64,000 nt of DNA. Source: Azolla caroliniana. Its lineage: Eukaryota > Plantae > Polypodiophyta. A model generated the notes under the pieces. That model saw only the letters and a list, made by a program, of their open reading frames with translations, had not been told where the DNA came from and searched no databases. The stretch lies in assembly GCA_043228905.1 (NCBI GenBank), contig JBHGNT010000012.1, forward strand, positions 4,588,001 through 4,652,000, in the 5' to 3' direction. This document shows positions 23,194 to 35,217 of the stretch, in pieces. Position numbers and translations under genes: made by a program. Every line of letters begins with the position of its first letter. The stretch's first letter is position 1.

Positions 23194-26100
23194 CCGGTAC
23201 AAGACTCGGTTCAGACCAAAGAAGAACGATGCCGGTAATCCTAGCATACCAGACAAAACGAAGCTGGCTGGTTACCGGCTAGGCACAGAGATTGAGAGAT
23301 CAACGGACTTGCGGAAGGTCCTCGAAGAACGGATCCTCGACAACAAGGTGGAGCTGTCATTGAGAGAAGTGCTCGGAATCATGAAGAGGGAGTTCCACGA
23401 TTCCATCATGGACTTGGTAAAGCATAAACGGTTATCGACGGAGCTAGAACCAGAGAAGCCCGTGGAGGTGCGGACGACGCACCTAGAGGACGAGACCTTG
23501 GAGGATGAGTTGGCGGAGAGCCACTACTCGAAGTTGCACTAGGCAAGAGCTACTACGGACACCTTGGTCCGGATCGGGAATGTCCAGGAGCCGGTGGTAG
23601 CATTGATAGACTAGGGCTTCGAAATAAACCGGATGTCCATGGACTTCTACAAAAAGGGAAAATGGCCGATCAACACCAAGCACGGGTGGAAAATGCAACG
23701 GCTACACGCACTATGGAGGAGCTACACGGAGCCTGCCCGAATGTGCGCGTGAAGATCAGTGACGTAAAAATAGACTAGCACTTCTTCGTGCAGGAAACAT
23801 CCTCACACTCGGTTATTCATGGCGAACCTTACATTACGGTAGCCCGTATGGAGACCAAGGTGTTGGACAATGGTTTGGGGTACGCAAGGGTAAAAAGCCA
23901 AGATAGACATCACTCCGTCTAGTTGTTGACACTACGACCGAACCACAAGCGCAACTGAGAGACCCTCGGCAACGACGGCCGAGGGGATTTTTAGAGAGGG
24001 CTATCAAGGCGTGGGGCCGCGATAGTCCGAACACTACGGAGGAACCCCACACGTGTACCATAGGCAGAAAATTTTGGTTCTCCGATAACAAAGGTTGTAC
24101 GATAGACGGCATCGGCGTCCTAGAAAGAAGAAGGGTCGAGGAGCATCTCAGGGTGTGCAGAGCCCTCAGCCCCGATGAAGCGATTAGCGGAGCCGTGGAG
24201 GCGGTCTCTTTTGACGACACCCTAGGAGAGATAGGAAAGGTGTTTGATGAAGGCCTCCGTGAAGACTGAGTGATTCCAGTTAGTTCCTTGGAAATGTACG
24301 AAGTCATTGCCGACTTCGGGGAGAAGGTCGGGTCGGGTCGGACGGCCTACGTAGACACGAGGTACAAGACTCCGGACTAGAAGGTGAGGCCAGGGGCAGT
24401 GAAGAACGGATAAAGGGGGTCGGGTTGAGCCAAGTTTGCGGAATCCGGCTGACATAGGGCACCGGTTCACCAATATAACACTACGGGAGCTGAAGATCGG
24501 TGAGGGTGGCTTTCTACTACCGGCGGGGGATCGGTTTCGGAGGATGCTCAGGAGGCACGGGAAGGCCTTCGCATTCTCGCCGGAGGAGATCGGGTGTGTT
24601 GACTCCATGATCGTGGAACCAATGGTTATCTTCAAGGTACCGCATGTGTCGTGGAACCTGAAGCCGATTTTGGTACCTAGAGCTCACATCCCGAAGTTGA
24701 TGGAGCTGCTGAAGCAGAAGGTGGAGATGGGCATCCTTGAGCCATCGAGGATCCCGTATTCGAATCGGTAGTTTACGGCGCCGAAGAAGAACGACACATT
24801 GCGCTTCGTTCAGGACCTGCAACCGGCCAATAAGGTGACCATTCGAAACGCAAGAATTGGGCCGACCATTGACTAGTTCGTGGAGGCCTTCACAGGATGG
24901 TTGATCTATTGAGTTGGCGACTTGTACTCAGGATATGACCAATTCCAACTAGTCGTAGAGAGTAGGGATATTACGACAATGCGGACTCCTCTCGGTTTGG
25001 TGCGGATGTGTACCCTACCGCAAGGAGGGACCAACTCGGTGGTGCACATGGTGAACGCAATGAACAAGGTGCTAAGCGACTGCATCCCAGACATCACCAT
25101 GCCATTCTTGGACGACATCTCGATCAAGGGATGTCTGGTGGAAGATAAGGATGATTCGGTCAGGCCATATGGATGCCGGAGGTTCGTGGTGTATCACATC
25201 GACAATTGCGAGAAGATGCTACAAAGGCTCGAGGGTGCGCGGCTCACCTTCTCTGGGGAGAAGTCGGCTTTTGGGCAGTCCGAAATCTTGGTGGTTGGGT
25301 ACTTGTGCAGGCCTTACGGCCGGAAACTGTCTCCGACGAAGGTGGAAGCCATCTCCGTAATAAAAGAAGAATGCAAGTCGGTTACGGAGGTCCAAAGGTT
25401 CCTGGGCACGTGTGCATTCTACCACATCTGGATTTCGCACTACGCACACGTCGCGGAACCAGTCTACGGGTTGTTCAAGAAGGGGCGTAAGTTCGAATGT
25501 AGTGAACAACATGCGGAGTCGGTCTAAAGGTTGAAGGAAGCGCTAACCATGGCACCGACACTCTAGAAAGTGGTTTATGAAAAGGGAGTCCCGATTTATG
25601 TGACCGTGGATACGAGTCCGACCGGGATCGTATGGGTGGTCAACCAAGAGGACGAGAACGGGACAATGTTTCCCTTCCGGTTCAGAGCGAAGCTACTAAG
25701 CGAGCGGCAACGAGGATACGCCCAGGTTAAGCATGAACTCTGGGGTATCATTTCGACAGTCAAGTCCAACAAAGACTATCTACTCTTGATAAAGGTATTA
25801 ATCGAGACAGACTGCCTACTGATCCTTGGTATAGCTTCCGAATCTGCGACATTGGACCTGGCAATGCTCAGGTGGATCCCGTACATTAAGTCCTTGAATC
25901 TGGATATATGACATATCTCAGGATAATGCCATGGCGGACATGGTTTCAAGAGCACGGTTCGATGACGAGGACGATATGGTTTCTGAGGACAAGGCAGTCT
26001 GTGTGGACTTCTTCGGGTCGGCTCGCAGAGCGCCACGGGAGGGGAGCACTCCGGCACTTAACGAATTTAATGAGGACAAGTATAACGGGGAGTGGCTCCA

Positions 26101-29100
26101 GATCAAAAGGTTCCTAAGAACGTTGGCACCAGACCCCGCTCCTAAAGGGGTTTAGCCTTCTACCCTGTCTCCTGTGCAAGACCCCGCTTGGTGCGACGAG
26201 CCCGAGAGCTCCCCGATCGATGGTTTGGCAGCGGAGTGTTGTTGTAACCTAACCTACCTTGGTCCGGCTCGAAGCCGGAGTTGTATCTTGCTCTTGTATT
26301 TATATATATAAAAGGTTGTGCATATTTGTGTCTTGGTTGGTGTCGGGTGCGTTTCTTTCCCTTTGTTTCCTGTACATAAGAGGCGTGTGTTGAGTCGGTG
26401 TTGCGCGCATGGTCTCTCTCACTCTCTCCCTCTCTCGTGTTCGGTAACTGCCGGTACCCATCCGGAATCGCTTCAATTTGCGCCACAACTGGTGTAGCCA
26501 GGACCGGATAGAGTCAGCTTCTCGACATCCATCTCGTCCTCGTTCGAGATCTCCGTGGTCCCGCCCCTTTCGGCACGTACTCGCGGATTACCGCGACACC
26601 GATACAAGACTCGATTCGGACCAAAGAAGAACGATTCGAGTAATCCCAACATACCAGACAAAACAAAGCTGGCTGGTTATCGGCTGGGCATGGAGGTTGA
26701 GAGATCAACGGACTTGCAGAAGGTCCTCGGAGAATGGACCCTCGATAGCAAGGTGGAGCAATCCTTGAGAGAAGTGCTCGGAATCATGAAGAGGGAGTTC
26801 CACGATTCCATCGTGGACTTGATAAAGCATAAACGGCTATTGACGGAGCCGGAACCAGAGAAGCCTGTGGACGTTTGGATGACGCATCTAGAGGACGAGG
26901 CCTTGGAGGATAAGTTGGCGGAGAGCCACTACTCGAATTTGCACTGGGCAAGAACTACTACCGACACCCCGATCCAGATCGGGAATGTCTAGGAGCTGGT
27001 GGTAGCATTGATAAACTAGGGCTCCGAAATAAACCTGATGTCCATGGACTTCTAAAACAAGGGAAAATGGTTGATCAACACCAGGCACGGGTGGAAAATG
27101 CGCGCAACTACACGCGCTATAGAGGAGCTGCACAGAGCGTGCCCGAATGTGCGTGTGAATATCGGGGACGTCAAAATAGACCAACACTTCTTCGTGCAGG
27201 AAACATCCTCACACCCGGTTATCCAGGGCGAACCTTACATTATGATAGCCCGTTTGGAAACCAAGGTGCTGGACAACGGTTCGGCGTACGCAAGGGTAAA
27301 AAACCAAGATGGACGTCACTCCGTCCAGTTCTTGACAGTACGACCGCACCACAAGTGCAACTGAGAGACCCTCGGCAGCGATGACCGAGGGGATTTTTAG
27401 AGAGGGCTATCAAGGCGTGGCGCCGCGATAGTCCGGACACCCCGGAGGAACCCCACACGTGTACCGTAGGTAGAAAATTTTGGTTCTGCAACAACGGAGT
27501 TTGTACGATAGCCGGCATCGGTGGCCAGGAAAGAAGAAGGATCGAGGAGTATCTCAGGGTCTGTTGAGCCCTCAGCCCCAATAAAGAGATTAGCGGAGCC
27601 GTGGAGGCAGTCTCTTTCGACTACACCGTGGGAGAAATAGGGAAGGTGTTGGATGAAGGCCTCGGTGAAGACAGGGTGAATCCAGTTAGTTCCTTGGAAA
27701 TGTATGAAGTCATTGCCGACTTCGGGGAGAAGGTCGGGTCGGCCCAGACAGCCTACGTAGACACCAGGTACAAGACTCTGGACCAGAAGGTGAGGCCAGT
27801 GGCGGCTCCCTTGCCGGAGGGCAGCGAGGAATGGATGAAGGGGGTCGGGTCGAGCCAAGTTTGAGAAATCTGGCTGAGATAGGGCACCGGTTCACCAATA
27901 TAACGCTACGGGAGCTAAAGATCTGTGGGGGTGGCTTTCTACTGCCGGCGGAGGACCGGTTTCGGAGGATACTCAGGAGGCACGGGAAGGCCTTCGCATT
28001 CTTGCCGGAGGAGATCGGGTGTGTTGACTCCATGATCGTGGAACCAATGGTTATCTTCAAGGTACCGCATGTGTCGTGGAACCTGAAGCCGATTTTGGTA
28101 CCTAGAGCTCACATCCCGAAGTTGATGGAGCTGCTGAAGCAGAAGGTGGAGATGGGCATCCACGAGCCGTCGAGGACCCCGTATTCGAATCGGTAGTTTA
28201 CGGTGCCGAAGAAGAACGACACATTGCGCTTCGTTCAGGACTTGCAGCCGGCCAATAAGGCGACCATTCGAAACGTAAGAATTGGGCCGACCATTGACTA
28301 GTTCGTGGAGGCCTTCGCAGGAAGGTCGATCTATTCAGTTGGCGATTTGTACTCAGGATACGACCAATTCCAACTTGCCGTAGAGAGCAGGGATATTACG
28401 ACAATGCGGACTCCTCTCGATTTGGTGCGGAAGGGACCAACTAGGTGGTGCACATGGTGAACGCAATGAACAAGGTGCTAAGGGACTGCATCCCAGACAT
28501 CACCATGCCATTCTTGGACGACATCCCGATCAAGGGTTGTCTGGTGGAAGATAAGGATGATTCGGTCAGGCCATATGGATGCCGGAGGTTCGTGGTGCAT
28601 CACATCGATGATTGCGAGAAGATGCTACAAAGGCTCGAGGGTGCGCGGCTCACCTTCTCCAAGGAGAAGTCGGCTTTTGGGTAGTCCGAAATCATGGTGG
28701 TTGGGTACCTGTGCAGGCCTTACGGCCGGAAACCGTCTCCGACGAAGGTGGAAGCCATCTCCGTAATAAAAGAAGAATGGAAGTCAGTTACGGAGGTCCA
28801 GAGGTTCCTGGGCGCGTGTGCATTCTACCACATCTGGATTTCGCACTACGCACACCTCTCGGAACTAGTCTACGGGTTGTTGAAGAAGGGGGCGTAAGTT
28901 CGAATGGAGCAAACAACACGTGGAGTCAGTCTAAAGGTTGAAGGAAGCGCTATCCGTGGCACCAGCACTCTAGACAGTGGTTTACGAAAAGGGGTCCCCG
29001 ATTTATGTGATCGTGGATATGAGTCCGACCGGGATCGGATGGGTGGTCAACCAGGAAGATGAGAACAACATGAGGTTTCCCATCCGGTTCAGAGTGAAGT

Positions 29101-29545
29101 TACTAAGCGAGCGACAACGAGGATACACCTAGGTTAAGCATGAACTCTGGGGTATCTTTTTGGCAGTCAAGGCCAACAAAGAATATCTACTCTTGACAGA
29201 GGTAATAATCGAGACGAACTGCCTATTGATCCTCGGTATGGTTTCTGAATGTTCGACGTTGGACCTGGCAATGCTCAGGTGGATCGCGTACACTAAGTCC
29301 CTGAATCTGCTGATACGACATATCTCCGGAATGGATAATGCCATGGTTGACAGACTTTCGAGAGCACTGTTCGATGACGAGGACGACATGGTTTCTGAGG
29401 ACAAGGAAGTCCGCGTGGACTTCTTCGGGTCGGCTCGCATAACAGTATGGGAGGGGAGCACTCCGGCACTTAACGAATTTAATGAGGACAAGTACAACCG
29501 GGAGTGGCTCCAGATCAGAAGGTTCCTGAGAACATTGATGCCAGA
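22734..29545 (+). repeat. ~3.4-kb tandem segmental duplication (about 22734-26140 and 26141-29545)
   Basis: Both copies contain the same LTR-end/gag junction and share the same premature stops (AATCGGTAGTTT, GACTAGTTCG, GTCTAAAGG). Confidence 0.88.
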
Positions 29546-32500
29546 CGCGGCATGGACGAAGGACGAGGCAAGCTGGATTCGGAAGAAGGCATACCGATTT
29601 TTCCTATAGAACGGGAGAATATGGAGGCTCCCGAAGAAGCGAAACAGCGTCCCGCTCTGTGTTGTAGTGGGAGGGGAGGAGCAGAGGGCGTTGCTATCGG
29701 CGTACCACGAGAGCCCTTGGGCCGGGCACCACGGGACATGGGCCACATTTGAAAAGTTGAAGGAGAAGTATTGGTGGCCAAGAATGTACCGGGACATGCA
29801 TCAGTTCGTGAAGACTTGTGAGAGCTACTAGATGTATTCTGTGAACCAACACCAAGACGAGCTCCACCCGACCTACCCGTCGACAGTCCATTTCAAGTGG
29901 ATGGTAGACTTTGTGACGATGCCGATGGGGGTAGGGCAGATGCGGTAACTCGTGCTTGCACGAGAAGACGTAATGAACTAAGTGGAGGGTCGTGCACTGC
30001 AAAACAAGAAGATTGCGGTTGTGTGCTAGTTTCTTATCGACGAGGTGATATGCCAGTACGGGTGCATAGGGAAGATCGTGGCTAACCGGGGAGATCAGGA
30101 TGCGCAGGAAGCCGAAGAACTGTTCAGATTGTTAGGGTTTTAACTCTCCCTCACTACGGTGTACAATCCAGAGGCAAACGGACAATCATGAAGGCGTCAG
30201 TACGGACCTGCGAAGGACAAATCGGGAACTGGCCACGACTCCTACCTTACGTTGTCGTGGAGAAAACCGTCCTTAGGCAGAATTGAAGAATATCGGGAGA
30301 ATCGGTGGTGTGCACCATGTGCACTTACCCTTGTAAAAACGTGTGAATAATAGGAGTTAAGTAGGGACAGAGGATCCCATGTAAATCGGGATTTATCCCA
30401 CATTGTAACGCATCTCTCTCCTTGTTCTATAAAAGGAAGGGAACGCCCCTTGTGAAGGGGTTGCCCATTTTGAGTTAGGAAGGTATACCGTTAGGTTTAG
30501 TATTCCGTTTATCTTTTCTTCTTCTTCTTCTTCTTCCCCTTCGTGTTTGTTTAGGGTTTGCTTCCGCTCGGCCTCTTGTGCAAGACCCCACTCTGCGCGA
30601 CGAGCCCGAGAGCTCCCCGACGGCGGCTTGGCAATAGGAGTTAAGTAGGGACAGAGGATCCCATGTAAATCGGGATTTATCCCACATTGTAACGCATCTC
30701 TCTCCTTGTTCTATAAAAGGAAGGGAACGCCCCTTGTGAAGGGGTTGCCCATTTTGAGTTAGGAAGGTATACCGTTAGGTTTAGTATTCCGTTTATCTTT
30801 TCTTCTTCTTCTTCTTCTTCCCCTTCGTGTTTGTTTAGGGTTTGCTTCCGCTCGGCCTCTTGTGCAAGACCCCACTCTGCGCGACGAGCCCGAGAGCTCC
30901 CCGACGGCGGCTTGGCGGCAGACTGCTGTTGTAACGTAACCTACCTTGGTCCGGCTCGAAGCCGGGGATGTATTCTTTCCCTTGTAATATACATATTTGC
31001 ATCTGTCTGTGCATATCGGTGTATTTGGTGGTGTCGGAAGCACAACCCCTTGCTTCCTGTGCATAAGATTCGATGTCGCGCGCACGCTGTCCCTCTCCTT
31101 TGTCTCTCTCTCTCGTGTTCGGTTGCCTCTGGAGCGCATCCAGAGTCGGTTTCTCGGCACCCCCCCCCTTTTTTCCTTAGTCCGAGACCCCTATGGTCCC
31201 GCCCTTCTCCACGCACGCGCGTAACAACGCGACATATTTGGTTAACCAGACGTGAAGGGCAGCAAGGGAGGATGGAGCTGGAAGAAGACGACTTCGCGCA
31301 ACTTTTTGTTGAAGAGGTGAGGAAGTTTGGACGAGCAATGACAAGACGAGAGACGGCGCAGCAAGCAGTTGAGCGAGTGGTCGAAAGAGTCGGCCATTTT
31401 AACGGTGACAAAGTCCCATCTTACTTGGAAGCCTACAATGCGAAAATGGAGGAGCGAGACGTAGAAGAGGCATTGAGGCTAGAGTTCTTCTATCGGGTTG
31501 TCGTCGTCCGTATGCACGCGGAAGTGAAGGAGCTCCGAGAAGCTCATAGTTCGTGGGAGGCCTTCGAAGAGGCGCTCCTGCAGGCATATGGAGGACGTCG
31601 GAAGAGCCGGGGACGACACGACTTCGACCAGTGGGTTGCATCGGCGAAAACCCACTGGGGTGCAATGAAGGCATTCCGAGAGTTCGAGCGGCGGCTTGCT
31701 CGGCTCCCAGAGCGGGAACAAGGTTTGGTGGGTGCAGACAAAGTCCTGTTGTTCGTCAGGTCGATCAACCGGGCAGAACGGGCGGTCATCGGGATTGAGC
31801 TCGAAGACGAAGACGGAGCGAATGGACGTACGGAGGACTAGTTGAAGGTCGGCAAGGTATGCCAACGGCTAGATGACGAGCGAGCCGAGAAGGCTAAGAG
31901 GAAGGCGCGCGACGGTGTGCAATCACAGCGGGAAGAGGCCGAACGGCAAAGAGCGTCGACAAGGGTCGGCATCGGGGCCAGGATTGCGGAGGCGTACGCA
32001 GCTCTTGAGGCAATGCTCGAGGAAGAGGAAAGATCAAGGTCGCGAGCTGAGACCGAGGAGACGAGCTTGCCCCACGAGATGACAGAAGGTCAGTACCATG
32101 GTACCACGGGAGAGGGTGCGAAACAAAACGCCCTCTCGACTTTCGGAGATAGAACGGCCGAGGACGAGGCCAAGACACCGATCGCGGAATCGGAATGTTG
32201 GGATAGGCGGTTTCGGGCACGTCAGCCCGAAACTCCGGACATTGGAGAAGCAAGCCTAGGCGGGGCTTGCGTGATCGGTAAGAAGACGACCACCGACCGC
32301 GAGGAGCCGGTGGCTGCGGATAAGGGCATAAATAGGACAAACGATTCTACGTGTCTTCCCACACTTGCTCCCGAGACGATGGCAGTCGGGCCCGAGTGCC
32401 CACATGAGTCCCAAGAGGAGGAAGGTGGCGGCGAGAAACCGAGAATCACCAGCGAGACGATACGGGGAAGGAGCAGACAAGAGCCCTCGGAACTGATTCC

Positions 32501-35199
32501 GGAGAACTCGACATTCGGGCCCTTACGCCCATGTGAGACCGAGGAGATGGATGACGGTATCGAGGAGTCCTGGCACGATGCCAACGAAGTTGGATGGGAA
32601 ATGGCTCACAAGAAGGTCGACGAAGAGACCATGAAACGATCCGACCGGGGACCGACCCGTGTGGCACTCCGATTCGGGTGGGGCGCAATCCGGTCGTGGA
32701 TTATTCGACGGGGGCCAGAATCGGCATGAAGGTGCCGATACGGAAGAGGGTGCGGAACGAGCCACCCTCTTTAAGATGGGGAGAAAGACCGACCGAGCGA
32801 AGGTCGAGAATCGGGAAGAAGATGATCAAGGGTTCAGAACAAGTCCGGTTGGATCGGCATCGAAGCCGAAACTCCGGACATTGGAGAATCAAGCCTAGGC
32901 GGGGCTTGGTTGATCACAAAGCGGATGCTTTCCACTGACACCACTAAAAGGGTCGGTGGCCCCGGAGGATTCGCCGAAAGACGTTGCGAAATTGGTTACC
33001 CCACATCTTGTCCGGAGACTTCGGCAGTTCGGCCGACATGGCAACGTGAGACCGAAAGAGATGGAAGATGGAGGCGGGAGCATAGCGAGGAGAGTGATGA
33101 CGAGTCTAGGAGAAGTCCAAGGGATGAAGCGGAGAATGAAGACCGGTCCTCTGGAGATCCTCACACCGATCCGGCTGTCGGCCCGAGTGCTGGCGTGAGT
33201 CCTATAGGAGAGACCGGTGGCGACAGGAGAATGGAACCCGGCAATCTAGGTAATGACGGACAAGCCCGGACGAGAACCGGACGGAGCGGACTTCCGGACA
33301 ACCGATCCGGAAGAGGGGAGAGAGCAGGCCTACGAAGAGGCCAGGAACACGGTACGTCGGTACCACGGGAGAGGGTGTGGAGCGAGCCACCCTCTTGAGT
33401 TGCGGACAAAGACGACCCGGGATAAGGGTTTGGGATACAACAAGCCCAAGGAGGATCCTTCACACCGGTTCCAGAGACTCTGGGAGTCGGCCTGAGACCC
33501 GACGTGAGACCTAGAGTGACGATCGGTGGCGGCGACGGAACGAAGGCAAAGAACTGCGGATGGGCGGTCTACGGAGATCCTCACACAGAACCGGCTGTCG
33601 GCCCAAGTGCCGGCGTGAGTCCTATAGGAGAGATCAGTGTTGACAAGTGAACGCGACCAGCCGAGGAGGCCGACACGGAGGTTGGGAAGACGACAAGCGG
33701 TGCTGCAGCGACCTTACACACACCGGTTCTAGACACTCCGGAAACCGGTAACGAGGTCTGGCGTGAGACCTAGAGGGAAGAACGGTGGCAACGACAAGGC
33801 GGGCAACCAAAGACCGAGACGGCAAGTCCCACGGAGATCCTCACACCGATTCAGTGGATGGCCTAAGTGCCGGCGTGAGTCCTATAGGAAAGGACGGTGG
33901 CGGCTGGTGATTGTGATCGGACGGCGAAAAGCAGAGCGAAAGAAGGTATGAGGCCGGAGAAGCGGCCGCGAACCGAATACGGGCCGGACCGATAGGGCCG
34001 GAAAGACAAAGATCGGACGCGCTTGATACACAAGTCGGTGACCCAACAAAACGGAGGCCCGAGAAGGATCCTTCACACATGCCCGGAGACCCCGGTTGTT
34101 CGGCCAACGTGGCAACGTGAGACCAAGGGTAATGGAAGGTGGCGGAAAGGGGACAAAGGTGGTGACGGTAGAGTCACCGACCAACCAAGCAGTTACGAGA
34201 AAGAAGGAGGTTGTGTGGACCAGGACGCGGCAAGGGTGATCTTCTAGTGAGCTATTGGGGACACCCAGTTAAGGAGCGGTGTGCCGAGCCGAAAAAGGGG
34301 CACACCCGAAAGAAGAACAGAAGACATGCGTGTGGCCATTGAGGGCCAAAGCAAGCACGTGTGCGGGATAGTGTTCGGTACAGACAGTGCCGGACAAGGA
34401 GGGCGGACGACGGTGTCGTGAAGAAAACCGTCCCTAAGCGGAATCGGCGCACCGAGGCGTGGGAACCGGTTCTTCACACGCGCACGCTCCAAGTTGTACA
34501 TAGAATCGAATTAGGAGGATAATCGGAGGAACGGGCCCTAACACGAGTAAAGACAATGACTGCGCGAACAGTCTTTTCGATCACGCGCGAACGGTACGAG
34601 TCGGCGGCGTAACTACGCGGATGCGTGCAGAACGGAGCGGATCCCTGTTCGAAAGGGACAGGGAATAAAGCTGACGTGACGGCCTGCTCGTCGGCCTATA
34701 AAAGGGGCAGGAAAGAGCTGTTGCGATTATCTCGCGCAGAGAGGACGAAGTGCTGTCGGACCGTTTCTGGACGCTTCTCTCTCTCTCTGTTCCTTCCTTC
34801 CTGAGCTCCATAGCTTTTCTGTGCAGGGTTCCGAGGAGGCTCGCGCTGTTTCGAGGAACGCCCGAGTGCTTCCGGCAGCACCTCCGACCTGCTCCCCTTT
34901 GTGCGTCGAAGCGAACAGGCATCGGCATCTGTTCGCCGGCCTGTTCGGTTGTAACCAACCTGCGCCCCATCGAGGGTTGTAGTCGTGCTAGCCATTTTGT
35001 TAATATACATATTTAGTCATTCGCATCTGTCTGTGTCGGTGTCTGTCGCGTTCTCCGTGCTGAAGGGCCGTGTCCCTGCGTATCCCCGGTCCTGCGTAGC
35101 CGGTTCTCTCTCTTTCTCCTCCCTTGCTTGCTCTTTGGTTCGAGACCCCCGCGGTCCCGCCTCGTTTTCACACGCACTTGCGTAATATCTCGACATCTT

Positions 35200-35217
35200 T
35201 GGTGAACCCGACGTGAA
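35200..35217 (+). promoter_or_regulatory. Primer-binding site complementary to tRNA-Trp
   Basis: TGGTGAACCCGACGTGAA is the reverse complement of the plant cytosolic tRNA-Trp 3' end (...UUCACGUCGGGUUCACCA, recalled). It sits 4 nt after the LTR. Confidence 0.85.
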
